NCBI GenBank assembly: GCA_964621305.1
Contig: CAZUOM010000001.1
Location: 229,448-293,447, forward strand
Origin: an uncultured Gammaproteobacteria bacterium
GTDB taxonomy: Bacteria > Patescibacteriota > Microgenomatia > UBA10105 > UBA927
Direction: 5' to 3'
DNA: 64,000 nt
Notes under the pieces: generated by a model
Seen by the model: the letters and a program-made list of their open reading frames with translations, nothing else
Told to the model about the DNA's origin: nothing
Database searches by the model: none
Made by a program: the position numbers and the translations under genes
Shown: positions 28,298-39,097 of the stretch, piece by piece
How positions within the stretch are numbered: position 1 is the first letter of the stretch
Layout: every line of letters starts with the position of its first letter

Positions 28298-29200
28298 TTA
28301 ACGCCGCTCGGGGCAGCCAAATCCGATGCGTTCTCCCACATCGCCGCTAATGATCGTTCGATCCACAAACGCCACCCGGCAGGATCGCTCTGACTGTGGC
28401 AGACGTTCCCACCATGATAAGATCGTCTCGTGATAATCGCGTTGGACGAATCGGGCAAAATCCGCAAGCATCGTGCGGGGAGCGTCGATACCACAATTGC
28501 CACTTAAAAACTGACGCGTCTGATCCGATATGGGTATACCCGCAGGGCATCCGACTGTTTTACCCAAACCCAATTTTCGAAGCATTCCTCTCTCCAGGCC
28601 GCCGGAAGCAGTAATAAGTGCGTAGTTTGACTCGGCAAATAAGCCCGCCGGCAACCCAATGCCCAGAAATGCCTTGGATACATCGCCTAAGGAAACGCGC
28701 GAAAGCTCCACTACTGTTTTTGGATCAAAAGATTCACCCAAGAGTGCAACCAGTTGTACCGTCGCACGCGTACCGGTATGAAGACCCGCGCTCATCTCAG
28801 AGCGCAAATTCAGTCTGTGAAGTACGGCCCGAGATTGATCTGCAACAAGATCATTTGTCAATTCCAACAGATGGCGCGCGTAAGGGTGGATAAACCGTAC
28901 TGCCGCCTCCGGTATCGGTTTACCAAACAGAAACGCTCCCGACTTTTGATCGCCAATTACCTCAAAAATTCGCTGAAAGCTCAAATCCATACTACGCTGA
29001 ATACTCCGTGCATATTCCTTGAGAATAGAGGCTTCATCCTTTGTTGCCGTGAGCTGTTGGGGGTCGAATTGTTTCAAGTGACTACCTTCCCACACTGCCG
29101 CAAATGGGACAGAACCTGCGTCAAGCAAAATTTTATGAAACTCCCACAAAATGCCCGTTGAGTCGGCCAGATACTGATAAAAACGTTTATGACTGTTCAT
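28298..29200 (-). CDS. hypothetical protein
   Basis: 300-aa ORF, no motif recognised. Confidence 0.4.
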   Translation of the reverse strand: MNSHKRFYQYLADSTGILWEFHKILLDAGSVPFAAVWEGSHLKQFDPQQLTATKDEASILKEYARSIQRSMDLSFQRIFEVIGDQKSGAFLFGKPIPEAAVRFIHPYARHLLELTNDLVADQSRAVLHRLNLRSEMSAGLHTGTRATVQLVALLGESFDPKTVVELSRVSLGDVSKAFLGIGLPAGLFAESNYALITASGGLERGMLRKLGLGKTVGCPAGIPISDQTRQFLSGNCGIDAPRTMLADFARFVQRDYHETILSWWERLPQSERSCRVAFVDRTIISGDVGERIGFGCPERR

Positions 29201-29263
29201 CGCTGCATTATATACTATTGTGCTAAAATCGCCTACATGAACGTTGTTGAAGGTGAAAAATTT

Positions 29264-29914
29264 ATGGCGCTTTCTGAAGAAGCTACTATTGGAGACGTCA
29301 ATCAGTTACTGAGGGGATCTTTTGGGGTCGGGATACCGAATACATTAGTTGATCGGTTAGATCTTTCAGCATTTTCATACCAAGTTAAACAAACTAGCCA
29401 AAAACACAGGAAGATGCTCACAATCGTTGGCTGGGACCGGCAGCAGTACGGCTCACCGATATGTGATGCAGTTTCCTGGATACAGTGTATACAGGAAACT
29501 GGTCGTTATCAGATCCGGCAGGTCACCAAAGCATTGGTTATCTCCGGCACTGATCGTACAAGCCATCGTCAGATGAGTCTTTTATATTCCCTTGATAGTC
29601 CGTACGAACTGTTTTACCTTGCGGCGTCTGATCGTTTTCCTTGGGAGGAGCCAGGGGTAGCTCATCCAAACAGTTTAATAGAGACGTGCACAACCGGTAT
29701 GATGTGCCGCACGGATGGGCATACGAGGTTTATCATCTGCCAAAACCGAACATGGGACATTGGTCGCGGTGTTGTCAGCTTCTTTGCACCAGGTATGGAA
29801 AAGTTGGGCTACCGCCTGAACCTAGAAGATACAACCGTTAATCTTTCCTGGGAACCGAATGATCCATGGATAGATCAATCCTGGACCCTCACTATCCCCA
29901 GATACCTCATGTAA
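29264..29914 (+). CDS. hypothetical protein
   Basis: ORF 29189..29914. Preferred start is ATG 29264 after aaggtgaaaaattt. Confidence 0.35.
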   Translation: MALSEEATIGDVNQLLRGSFGVGIPNTLVDRLDLSAFSYQVKQTSQKHRKMLTIVGWDRQQYGSPICDAVSWIQCIQETGRYQIRQVTKALVISGTDRTSHRQMSLLYSLDSPYELFYLAASDRFPWEEPGVAHPNSLIETCTTGMMCRTDGHTRFIICQNRTWDIGRGVVSFFAPGMEKLGYRLNLEDTTVNLSWEPNDPWIDQSWTLTIPRYLM

Positions 29915-30171
29915 CAAATAGAAAACATTTAACTCCGGCTTATTTGGTCGCGAGGAACTCCTTCGGCGTTCGTGCCTGTTGGTATGAGCGCAATGAATTC
30001 GTTTGCTAATGCAATAATTTTTTGATCTGTCGGTTTTCCTTCAGGGTTTTCATACCAGAAAAAGCAAGCTCAAGTATGCAATGCATACAACCCCTACGCC
30101 TTACGTCAAAGTGCCTACTTGTCAACAAAGGTGTTATGGCCTACTATTGAATACACGTATTTCAAGCCCAT

Positions 30172-30843
30172 ATGGATGAAATCAAAACTGAGCACCCAGC
30201 ATCTGCAGAAACCACTTTCAATAAAAAGAAAGATCGTTACCAGATACAAAAAAAGGAAAATGGTACGAAAAATAATTTTAAAAAGTTATCAGAAATATCT
30301 AGTTTGGAAAAACTTGCGATTTCTGAATTTTCGCAACGAGCTGTTTCTTCTGTCATACCCGAGTACTTTGACGATGCCGCCCAAGCTGTCATCACTAACC
30401 TACATAATGTGGATTTGAAGGGCGGTAAGCTGTGGTCTTATCGCACTGCCATAGAACGACTCACAAATTTAAATGGGTTGACAGAGGAGCAGGCAAAATA
30501 TTGCTTCGACTATGGTCGAGCCATTGCAACGATGAAAAAGTACGCACGATTGGCAGCATCGCCTAATTTATTTGATACGAAAGAAGGAAGAGAAGCCAAA
30601 GCAGAAGCGCGCAAATGGTGCGGCATGGCATACGCAGTGGAAAAAGGATATAGTCTTCCGGACTATGTGAGAAGCGCACGATCAATGCTTGCTGCTTTAC
30701 TCCCCACCTCGCCAGTTTCGAAACAAGCCCTTCAGGGACTGCGCAAACGCATGGAGGCGTGTTTTAGAGACAATAAAAATTGTCAGCGACTCCGAACCAT
30801 TGTTGGCCTTAATTCCTCTGCAACTCCGAAACGCGCCTCATGA
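30172..30843 (+). CDS. hypothetical protein
   Basis: 223-aa ORF, no motif recognised. Confidence 0.35.
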   Translation: MDEIKTEHPASAETTFNKKKDRYQIQKKENGTKNNFKKLSEISSLEKLAISEFSQRAVSSVIPEYFDDAAQAVITNLHNVDLKGGKLWSYRTAIERLTNLNGLTEEQAKYCFDYGRAIATMKKYARLAASPNLFDTKEGREAKAEARKWCGMAYAVEKGYSLPDYVRSARSMLAALLPTSPVSKQALQGLRKRMEACFRDNKNCQRLRTIVGLNSSATPKRAS

Positions 30844-31237
30844 GGTCAAGTTGGTAGCTGATATCCATTGCGTTTCGTCCCCATAGGAAACTATACTCCG
30901 TGGTTGCTGTTTCCCAAACATGCGGGCCTGGATCGGATACATCTGCGGCAATTTCGAACAGTCTTGTTGGTTCTGAGACGTGGAGCCTGCCGGTTTTGGC
31001 ATCAACCATCGCAACCAACTCGATGCCACGGAGGATATCTTCCCGTCGAAAGCCCGCCTCCATGGTTTTTTGTTCATATGGCTGGACTGACCCATCGGAG
31101 AGGAATACTGCAGCTGTCCCTGGAGTGAGCCCAAGGGGTGGAACGAACATTATTCCTTCTCTCCGCATGCGGAAAATGACAGCGTAGCCGATGGTTCTGG
31201 GCGCGTGTTCTTCTTCCATGTGGCTACAAGTATACAC
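30809..31237 (-). CDS. hypothetical protein
   Basis: 142-aa ORF. Weak resemblance to DUF296/PPC or PNPOx-like small proteins, not supportable. Confidence 0.3.
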   Translation of the reverse strand: MYTCSHMEEEHAPRTIGYAVIFRMRREGIMFVPPLGLTPGTAAVFLSDGSVQPYEQKTMEAGFRREDILRGIELVAMVDAKTGRLHVSEPTRLFEIAADVSDPGPHVWETATTEYSFLWGRNAMDISYQLDLMRRVSELQRN

Positions 31238-31299
31238 CTTCTTGTCAAAGCGCTTCCGTAGTGCTTTACCAACAGTGGTAAAGTTCTTATACTGGATGC

Positions 31300-31962
31300 A
31301 TGGACGCCCTTGCCCCCTATCTTGACCTAGCCAACCACCACGGAAATGCCACGGCCGTGGACATTAAAAAACTCTGCGCCGACGTCATCACCTACAGCCT
31401 CCACGCGGCGTTTGTGAACCCCTGCTATATTGCTCTTGCCAAAGAAGCGCTTGCCGGACGCGCTCGCGTCGGGACGGCATTTTCTTTTCCGTTAGGACAG
31501 GACACGCTCGCGAGCAAAATATCTACAGCAAATGAACTAGTTCAACTGGGCGCTGACGAGCTGGATGTCGTGCCCAACCTGGGTTTGTTTTTAGGAGGAG
31601 AGACCAACGGGTTCCTGGCTGAAATGAAAGCAGTCGTTGACTCGGCGCGGATGGTGGGAACAGCCGTCATCGTCAAATTCATCATCGAAACCGGCTATAT
31701 GAGCGACGAACAGATTGCCGAGGCTTCTAAGCTGGTCGTTGAAAGCGGCGCGGACTTTGTAAAGATCTGCTCCGGTATGGGGCCACGGGGAGCCAGTGTC
31801 CACGATGTTGAAATAGTTCGACAAGCGGTCGGCCCAAATGTAAAAATCAAAGCCGCCGGAGGAATAGACACACGGGAAGAAGCCGAAGCATTTATAAGGA
31901 CTGGCGCGAGCCGCATCGGCACCAGCCACGCCGTGGAGATTGTCAGAACCAATAGAACATAA
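31300..31962 (+). CDS. deoC: deoxyribose-phosphate aldolase
   Basis: 'FVNPCYIALAKEAL', 'VGTAFSFPLGQ', 'KIKAAGGI' match DeoC class I aldolase. Confidence 0.8.
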   Translation: MDALAPYLDLANHHGNATAVDIKKLCADVITYSLHAAFVNPCYIALAKEALAGRARVGTAFSFPLGQDTLASKISTANELVQLGADELDVVPNLGLFLGGETNGFLAEMKAVVDSARMVGTAVIVKFIIETGYMSDEQIAEASKLVVESGADFVKICSGMGPRGASVHDVEIVRQAVGPNVKIKAAGGIDTREEAEAFIRTGASRIGTSHAVEIVRTNRT

Positions 31963-31977
31963 TTATTTTGATTTTTG

Positions 31978-32580
31978 TTAGAGCATTTTTAGGCGGGGAA
32001 TGATGGCGGGGTCCGATATAATTAGTCTGGTCGCACCGGCATCCACAATCATCTTGGCTGAACTTTCGCTGATCCCTTCTTCTGCAGCAATGGTCAAATC
32101 CGGATATGCCTGATGGATGGCGCGGATTTTTTCGACATTTTCCGGCTGGAGCGTGAGGCCCCTGGCGCCCATCTCTGCCATCATCACTAGCACTACGTCG
32201 ATGGTTTCCAAAAACGGCTCGACTGCCTCGACTTCTGTGGCTCCGTCGATGGCCAGACCCACCTCAACGCTCTCTTTTTCTGTCTCATCAAGAAACAGCC
32301 GCGGGTCGTTGGCTTCGACGTGTGCTATCAGGCGTTTGAACCCGGCATCAACCAGCATCCGGATGTATTTTTCGGGGCTAGCGACCATAAGGTGTGCTTC
32401 GAAACTGACTGGTTTGACTAATTGGCCAAATTTGGCTAAGTCCAAAAATGTCTCCGCCGGCACCAGTGAGCCATCGGCGATATCAATCTGCAACCAGTCA
32501 ACGTAGGGAGCAACAATAGCAACTTTGCGCTCAATTGCGTCCCAGTCTTTTTCAAAAATAGTAGGAATGATGCCGATCAT
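31978..32580 (-). CDS. rpe: ribulose-phosphate 3-epimerase
   Basis: 'IIPTIFEKDWDAIE...WLQIDIADGSLVP...HLMV...VLVMMAEMGARGL' follows the Rpe TIM-barrel pattern (IxPSIL..D, DVMDGxFVP, HLMV, MSVxPGFGGQ-like). Confidence 0.7.
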   Translation of the reverse strand: MIGIIPTIFEKDWDAIERKVAIVAPYVDWLQIDIADGSLVPAETFLDLAKFGQLVKPVSFEAHLMVASPEKYIRMLVDAGFKRLIAHVEANDPRLFLDETEKESVEVGLAIDGATEVEAVEPFLETIDVVLVMMAEMGARGLTLQPENVEKIRAIHQAYPDLTIAAEEGISESSAKMIVDAGATRLIISDPAIIPRLKML

Positions 32581-32643
32581 TGTTAAACTGCTACATTGCT
32601 AAATTGTTAAAAAACAATGTAACCATGTAACAATGTAACAATT
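32581..32643. promoter_or_regulatory. AT-rich composite motif copy B (ctgctacattgctaaattgttaaaaaacaatgtaaccatgtaacaatgtaacaat) upstream of rpe
   Basis: Shares TACATTGCT / ATTGTTAA / AACAATGTAACAAT submotifs with 17757..17868 and 42078..42150. Confidence 0.5.
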
Positions 32644-32958
32644 TTATTTGTAGCTCTGCAAGGAGGAAGAAAGGGAGGCGTAGGACTCATCGAGTTTTTT
32701 GAAGGTCGCGTCATCAAGGAACCCCCTGCCCCAGGCAACAGCCAGATGTGTGCGGGTTTTGGCGACCTCGCCAACGGCTGCCTCAAGAAGCTCTTTAGTC
32801 TTGCTGCTGTCTTTCCTGGTTAGTCCATCGGCAACTGTTGCCGCGACTTTTTCGCTAGAGGCAACAAGATCGCTATCCTCATCAGGGAGGGCTTCCTGTA
32901 AATCCATCAGCGCCACGTAGGCCGCCTGCCAAAGCTTGTGTTCGTGAAAGTTGACCAT
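32644..32958 (-). CDS. four-helix-bundle protein (23S rRNA-intervening-sequence-protein-like)
   Basis: 'HKLWQAAYVALMDL' and overall helical 104-aa architecture typical of the family common in CPR genomes. Weak. Confidence 0.45.
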   Translation of the reverse strand: MVNFHEHKLWQAAYVALMDLQEALPDEDSDLVASSEKVAATVADGLTRKDSSKTKELLEAAVGEVAKTRTHLAVAWGRGFLDDATFKKLDESYASLSSSLQSYK

Positions 32959-33007
32959 AGAGCTATTCTAACGGATTATTCTAGGATTTGCTATACTCAC
33001 AGCCACA

Positions 33008-33394
33008 ATGTCTCCTGAAAACAAATCGCAACAGCGTGCGGGGGTTGATACAGCGGTCCTCCTGACAGTATTGATTGGCCTTGCTGCCAGCGGAGGTGCC
33101 ATGGTTGTGGCCTATTTCCATCAGATACCACTAGAGACAGATGTCTGCGGGGAAGCTTTAAAACTGCCAACACCAACCAGGATTCTGCCGCGGCCCGATG
33201 ATAGTCATCTTGTCCAGTGGCAAGGCATCTACCACTGCAACAAAATCCGCATCCTGGAATACGGATCATTTCCGATTGAAGCCAGAACCGTGGCCGGTGC
33301 TTGTCCTTATAACAGCCGGAATGGCGCATTTAAACTCGTAGACGGCACCTGCCGAAGCTTTGTGCAATCTATAAAACCCACGCCAACACAGTAA
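33008..33394 (+). CDS. small membrane-anchored Cys-containing hypothetical protein
   Basis: N-terminal TM 'VLLTVLIGLAASGGAMVVAYF'. 6 Cys in the C-terminal part. Confidence 0.35.
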   Translation: MSPENKSQQRAGVDTAVLLTVLIGLAASGGAMVVAYFHQIPLETDVCGEALKLPTPTRILPRPDDSHLVQWQGIYHCNKIRILEYGSFPIEARTVAGACPYNSRNGAFKLVDGTCRSFVQSIKPTPTQ

Positions 33395-33489
33395 TGGTTT
33401 TTATATGAAACAACAGTAAATCAAGAATCCTTTGGAATTATTGATGCCGCAACCCTAAGGACTCCCGAGTCCGAACCACGATAAAAGAA

Positions 33490-34329
33490 TCATTTTTTTC
33501 TAAGTTTCTCTGCCGCATCGGTCGGATCAACAATGTTAACGTTGAGTCCCGTGCCCAGCTCAAAACCGGCCCGATGGATAAAGCGCGGGGTGATCCTTAT
33601 AAACCAGTTGACTCCGTGAAAAATGTAGAAGTTGTAGCCCAACGGGTTACCATTGTGCACATGGGCTAGTTCTGGATCCGAATAGACGGCGGCAACCTTC
33701 TTGATCCCGCTCTGGAGGGCTGCCGCTAGCGCAGGCAGAACCGAATCAGGCGTATCTCCAAAGCGCGTACCCTCGATTTTTGGCGCAATCCACGTTTCAA
33801 ACGGCCACTGAGAAAAATCCGGACAGTAAGTCACCATTGCCTCATCCTCACTAACGACGTTTGCAACTGGCTCCCGGGAGAGGGCGTCCAGATTTATCTG
33901 CCGGGGCACAACAACGAGCTGGCTATGCGGATGGGTGAGGCTTGCTCCGGCGTGAGCACCGTGATTGCAGAAGATAATGACATGCCCGTCTGTCGCATGA
34001 ACGCGGAAGCGATCACGGTAGGCGCGGACGATGTCTATGACCTGTTCCAAAGGGAGATCTTCGATATCCCTCTCGTGATCCGGGCTGTGGATCACCACCT
34101 CATGGGTGTCAGTTATGGGAAATTTGTTGGGAATGACGCGCACCTTCCACCCAGGGCTGTTTGCCGGACCTTCGCCGATTCTATAAGTCTCAAGAGGTGT
34201 TGCCCCTTCCGAACCGTGGCAAAACGGACATGTTGGTTGTTCTTTGGCACCATCACTAGGGCGGCCGGTTCTGCCGGGAACGATAATCACCCAGCGCTGG
34301 GTTTTGATATCGGGTACGTATTTGGCCAT
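33490..34329 (-). CDS. galactose-1-phosphate uridylyltransferase-like (GalT/HIT superfamily) enzyme
   Basis: 'CPFCHGSEG' zinc motif and 'HPHSQ' (HxHxQ) nucleotide-transfer motif. Confidence 0.65.
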   Translation of the reverse strand: MAKYVPDIKTQRWVIIVPGRTGRPSDGAKEQPTCPFCHGSEGATPLETYRIGEGPANSPGWKVRVIPNKFPITDTHEVVIHSPDHERDIEDLPLEQVIDIVRAYRDRFRVHATDGHVIIFCNHGAHAGASLTHPHSQLVVVPRQINLDALSREPVANVVSEDEAMVTYCPDFSQWPFETWIAPKIEGTRFGDTPDSVLPALAAALQSGIKKVAAVYSDPELAHVHNGNPLGYNFYIFHGVNWFIRITPRFIHRAGFELGTGLNVNIVDPTDAAEKLRKK

Positions 34330-34344
34330 AAGTAGTAGTCTACA

Positions 34345-35652
34345 CTATTTCGCTTCCCCGTTGCCGTTTGGTTTTTTATAAGCTTTCTTATATAGAAAAT
34401 CTATGAGAAGATCATGGTAAAAGGCTGACATTTTTTCCCCAACCGCATCCCATGTAAAAGTATGCGCGACTCTCTCGATGCCGTTTTCGCGCATCATTTT
34501 TTTTACCTGCGGATGACGAAGGATAAAAAGAAGCTTATCGGCAAATGCACTAGCGTCGCGGGCGGGAACCAAAAATCCGGTTTTGCCGTCGCGGATCGTA
34601 TATAAAAGCCCGCCAACCCTTGATGCAACTATGGGCGTACCGCAGGCCATCGATTCAAGCGGCACGAGCCCGAATGGCTCGTAGTAGGACGGCACACACG
34701 TCACGTCGGCGCTCGAGTAGTAATACGGAAGCTCCTCGGGTGAAACCCCGCCGATGAAGCGGACCACATCGCCGATACCTTCTTTTTCAACAATATCAGT
34801 CAGCCGTTTTCGTTCTTCTGAAACGATCGGCAATTCTTTTTTCCATCTGTTTTTCGGCTCGCCACCGGAGACGATACAACGAAAGTTTTTGCGATTGTCA
34901 CCCATTTTTTGCGCCATAATGGCAACGGCGGCAAGGAGCGTGTCGATCCCCTTTCTCCGTTCGATGCGACCGATATAAAGGACGACGTCTTGATTTTGCG
35001 GCCAGCGCAAAACTCTTCTGGCTATCGTGAGCGGAATAGGAAAAAACCTTTTGAGATTAACCCCTTCTCCGATGACGACAATTTTTTTGGACGATACGGC
35101 ATAAAGGCCCATCAGCTCGTCCTTCATCTGGGGACACGTAGCGATGACGCGATGCAGCCGGTCGAGCACCTCTTTTTCGTGGGTGATCCGGTCCGAAGGC
35201 GACGGGTCGTTGCTGCCAAGAGCCTGGTGTTTGACCATGCCCAAGGTATGGAATGTGTTGACCGCCGGAATTCCCAACTTCGCCGCCGCTTCAACGGCAG
35301 CATAGGCTGAATTATAGTAGTTGCCGTGAATCAGAAGGTAGTCGAGATTGTTTTTTTCTTTGAAAGCCAAAAAGCTTTCGACATATTTGGGCATGAGGGG
35401 AAACAATTCTTCTTTCGGAACAAACTTTACCGGCCCAGCGGGTATACGCACAACTCGAACCGTATCGGATACTTTGGCTATCTGTGCCGTCTTGTGAAAG
35501 GACCAACGCACAAAAACATCAACTGTCCATCCTAGACGTCCGAGTGCACGGGAAACTTCGAGTATGTAGACGTTCTCGCCTCCTGCTTCGTGCCCGCCAA
35601 GGGGAGACAGGGGGTCGGCATTGTCGGTAAAAAAAGCAATGCGCTTAGTCAC
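34345..35652 (-). CDS. glycosyltransferase family 4
   Basis: 'EPFGLVPLESMACGTPIVASRVGG' GT4 (E-X7-E) motif. Confidence 0.8.
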   Translation of the reverse strand: MTKRIAFFTDNADPLSPLGGHEAGGENVYILEVSRALGRLGWTVDVFVRWSFHKTAQIAKVSDTVRVVRIPAGPVKFVPKEELFPLMPKYVESFLAFKEKNNLDYLLIHGNYYNSAYAAVEAAAKLGIPAVNTFHTLGMVKHQALGSNDPSPSDRITHEKEVLDRLHRVIATCPQMKDELMGLYAVSSKKIVVIGEGVNLKRFFPIPLTIARRVLRWPQNQDVVLYIGRIERRKGIDTLLAAVAIMAQKMGDNRKNFRCIVSGGEPKNRWKKELPIVSEERKRLTDIVEKEGIGDVVRFIGGVSPEELPYYYSSADVTCVPSYYEPFGLVPLESMACGTPIVASRVGGLLYTIRDGKTGFLVPARDASAFADKLLFILRHPQVKKMMRENGIERVAHTFTWDAVGEKMSAFYHDLLIDFLYKKAYKKPNGNGEAK

Positions 35653-35725
35653 CTAGCCATGGTATCACATAAAGAGTTAATTCTGTCAAGCGGCGAACCC
35701 GCGCATGGTCTGAATTTTGTAAACG

Positions 35726-36871
35726 CTATAAAGAGGTTTTTAGTCCCAATATTTGCTCGTACACTCTTTCATATCCAGCTACCATCTTCTCGATCGTAAA
35801 ATAATCTTCAATTCGTTTTCTGCATGCCAAACGCATCGCACGGTATTGACTATTCGGCATCTCATAGATACGTCTAATCGCCTCTTTCATGCCTTCCATG
35901 CCTGTTCTTTTCACTACCCAGTCACCGCGAATATCCTCAACTGATGGGTTGAGAATATATCCGGTCACCCCATCGACTACAATTTCCGGCACAGACCCAC
36001 GGGCAAAAGCGATAACCGGCGTCCCGCATGCCATGGCCTCAATCATCACCAGCCCAAACGGCTCCTCCCATTGGAGCGGAAACAGATAGGCTTTAGCCTG
36101 CCCATAACGGAAAAATAAATCATTCTGCGAAAGCATTCCACCGTGCTGGACAAGATTCCCGCCTAAATAAGGAACTATCTGAACCCAATATGCATCGCCA
36201 TGGCCTTGGTGATGCGTTCCGAAAATTTGAAGGGGCATTCCGGTTGCGTGAGCCAGTTGTGCCGCCTGTAATATTCCTTTGTCCGGGGTGATGCGACCGA
36301 CAATCAGAAGAAAACCACCGGCTCCATCACCCGCTGGATAAAGTTTAGGGTCAACGCCATGATAGACCGTACCGGCATAGCGTAGATTGGGCAAATTTTT
36401 TCGTTGTGCATTGCTAATTGATACATACCATTGCGTATCTGGAATTTTTTCAAGTATTCGCTTTTTTATGCCTACAAGCGGACTATGAAGAGTAGCCACG
36501 GTAGGCGTTGATACAAATGATGAATAATACGCACTACGTGTATCAAAAGATGAATGAATTATATCAAATATCTGATCGCGTGCATCAAGATAGCACCGAC
36601 GAATCAACAAGTGCTCCATTTCAAAATGGTTCGCAAGACCTATTTCTTGATCATGTATACTTGCTACCTCACTAACAGAAATCAATCTTCCCGTTGTTTT
36701 ACTATCGCCCGATGCGTACAGCTTCACATCATGCCCATGTGCAACAAGGCCATCCGTAATCTTTGACATGATCCGCTCGCTGGCACCGGCAAATCCCGGT
36801 GGAAGCCTAGTGGGATCAGGAGGAAGGGGAAACAAATTTGAAGCAAGTATTGCAATACGTAATTTTCTCAT
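35726..36871 (-). CDS. glycosyltransferase family 4
   Basis: 'EEPFGLVMIEAMACGTPVIAFARGSVPEIV'. Confidence 0.8.
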   Translation of the reverse strand: MRKLRIAILASNLFPLPPDPTRLPPGFAGASERIMSKITDGLVAHGHDVKLYASGDSKTTGRLISVSEVASIHDQEIGLANHFEMEHLLIRRCYLDARDQIFDIIHSSFDTRSAYYSSFVSTPTVATLHSPLVGIKKRILEKIPDTQWYVSISNAQRKNLPNLRYAGTVYHGVDPKLYPAGDGAGGFLLIVGRITPDKGILQAAQLAHATGMPLQIFGTHHQGHGDAYWVQIVPYLGGNLVQHGGMLSQNDLFFRYGQAKAYLFPLQWEEPFGLVMIEAMACGTPVIAFARGSVPEIVVDGVTGYILNPSVEDIRGDWVVKRTGMEGMKEAIRRIYEMPNSQYRAMRLACRKRIEDYFTIEKMVAGYERVYEQILGLKTSL

Positions 36872-37932
36872 GCCTTTTTATCACCTAATATGCGTTCATA
36901 TACTTTTAAATATCCATCAGCCATCTTTTCTTTCGAAAATCGCTCTTCCACCCATCGACGACATTTCAAGCGAGCTAAGCCTGATATCTGTGGTACATAA
37001 GAAGCTAACTCCTCAACTGTCTTACCCAAAAATCCAGTTTCTCCATGACGAATTATTTCTGGAAAAGATCCTCGGCTAACACCAATGACCGGAGTCCCGC
37101 AGGCCATAGCCTCTACAGCGTATAGACCAAATGGTTCATCCCATTGAATCGGCGCAAGCAAGGCATATGCTTGCTGCAGATATTTTACTTTAGTTTCAAG
37201 ATCGAGTTCGCCCAGCAAAACAATCTGAGATCCGTCAATCATTGGCTTACACGATTCAAAATACTGCCAATCTGCAGAATCTACTTGACGATCGATTTCT
37301 TTAGTTGCCAACAACAGTCGACGGCCAGCTTTTTTAGCTATCTCTATTGCCTCTTTTGCTCCTTTATCTGGAGAAAATCGTGCAAGAAAAAGCAGGTAAT
37401 CATCGTGAACATCTAAATATGAATATAAAGATAAATCGATACCGTTATAAACTGTTGCTTTATACTGTAGCTTTGGTGCGCCCTTTCGTTGATTATTCGA
37501 AATAGAAACATATTCCAGATCTGAAGAAGACTGATAACCAATCTGTTGATGTTGCAAGTTTGTAGGCATGTGTAATGTCGTTATGAGCGGGTTATGAATA
37601 AATTGATGGAAAAGAAGAAGGCGCCAACCGTTGTGGTTATGAACTATATCAAATGCACGATTTTGTAATTCAGAAAGTGTCAAACTAATTCCATAATACT
37701 TTGCTCCTTCTCGGCTAGACAAATGGGTACTATATGGTGCTGTTGATCGCAAAGCACTCGGGAAAATTGACACTAATTTGCACGGCACGTTAGAATCGCC
37801 CGTTCCAAATAAAGTCACGTCGTGACCACGGGAAACAAGCTCTGTTATGAGGTTGTAAATGACAACCTCTGTCCCTCCGTATTTTTTCGGCGGCACGGAT
37901 TCTTCAAACGGAGCAAGCATGGCAATCTTCAT
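36868..37932 (-). CDS. glycosyltransferase family 4
   Basis: 'DEPFGLYAVEAMACGTPVIGVSRGSFPEII'. Overlaps the downstream GT4 by 4 nt. Confidence 0.8.
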   Translation of the reverse strand: MKIAMLAPFEESVPPKKYGGTEVVIYNLITELVSRGHDVTLFGTGDSNVPCKLVSIFPSALRSTAPYSTHLSSREGAKYYGISLTLSELQNRAFDIVHNHNGWRLLLFHQFIHNPLITTLHMPTNLQHQQIGYQSSSDLEYVSISNNQRKGAPKLQYKATVYNGIDLSLYSYLDVHDDYLLFLARFSPDKGAKEAIEIAKKAGRRLLLATKEIDRQVDSADWQYFESCKPMIDGSQIVLLGELDLETKVKYLQQAYALLAPIQWDEPFGLYAVEAMACGTPVIGVSRGSFPEIIRHGETGFLGKTVEELASYVPQISGLARLKCRRWVEERFSKEKMADGYLKVYERILGDKKA

Positions 37933-38048
37933 ATTGATTAGTATGAATCAGTTTCTGCCTGAATACAAGGAGGAATAAAACTTTTTGCAACAAGAAGGCT
38001 CCTTACGGTGCCCTTGATAGACATCCGTATCTTCTTTATGATTACTCT

Positions 38049-38282
38049 ATGCCAACTGGTGAAATATCACCAACTACAATTTTATTCGGGGCAGCCAAGC
38101 CTCCTCGCCTTGATACAATAAAACTTGCTACTGTGATTAGCCAATCTGCAGCAACTGTGTCTGGACCAAGACAAAATGAAAAAGTAAGTGGGATTATTGA
38201 GAAAATCCTGCGAGATTCGGACCCTGAAATACAACAATTTGCATTAAATTATCAACAATTTCTCGGTCTGTTTAAAGACTAG
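38049..38282 (+). CDS. small hypothetical protein
   Basis: 77-aa ORF only. Confidence 0.2.
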   Translation: MPTGEISPTTILFGAAKPPRLDTIKLATVISQSAATVSGPRQNEKVSGIIEKILRDSDPEIQQFALNYQQFLGLFKD

Positions 38283-38312
38283 GGAGCACGAAGAGAAACA
38301 CCTGACACGGTC

Positions 38313-38930
38313 ATGTTCAGCCAGGAATTTGCCCGTTTTATCTATCGAGGCCTTCGTGTTGGAGACGAAGCTCCATTTATGTCTGATTGTTTGTCTCAAC
38401 TGCGTGACATATCTAGTGCACTCAAAAGAACACGCTTTGGATCAGCGCTTGGCAATGGAATGATGAGAGCAATAGCTGGCGCCCAGACCCATGCTGGACT
38501 TATGAATCTATTAACAGACGCTGGATACCAGATTGTTGTTCCGAAGCTCAGCGATAAAGCCGAATGCGTTCAGTGGGACTGGAACATTGGTTGCGACTTT
38601 GCAGCATATAAACAAGAGAAACTGTATCTTATTGACACTAAAAATGCCCTCTTCGACGCAGAACAAGCTGATAAATCTTTTCTAGAAGTAGCAAGCGTGG
38701 TCGAGGTGACTAGAGGAAAGTACAACATGCGTCTTGTATTATCAGTTCGTCACGATATATTGAAGTTGCTCAAAGCGCCAGATGAAACACACATGAACCA
38801 TCTTATTGTTACTGTTCCATCAGTCGGGATTATTAAGGGGTCAATAGCCACCATTGAACCAACCGCAGCAAGTGATATACTCAGGCAATTAAATTCTATA
38901 AAAGGAAAAACGTATGCCGCAGACAATTGA
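38313..38930 (+). CDS. hypothetical protein
   Basis: 205-aa ORF, no motif. Confidence 0.4.
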   Translation: MFSQEFARFIYRGLRVGDEAPFMSDCLSQLRDISSALKRTRFGSALGNGMMRAIAGAQTHAGLMNLLTDAGYQIVVPKLSDKAECVQWDWNIGCDFAAYKQEKLYLIDTKNALFDAEQADKSFLEVASVVEVTRGKYNMRLVLSVRHDILKLLKAPDETHMNHLIVTVPSVGIIKGSIATIEPTAASDILRQLNSIKGKTYAADN

Positions 38931-39097
38931 AGATAGCATTAAGCACTATAAATTGAGATATTTTGATCAACTGAAGGGATTACCTCCGTATGAGATGGTG
39001 AAGAAAACGATTCTCATTTTCTGGTATGGCCTAACAGGAAATCGCCTTCTAGAAAGCAAACAGTCAGTCCCGCCTTCCCCGGCCACGACAAAAAAAT

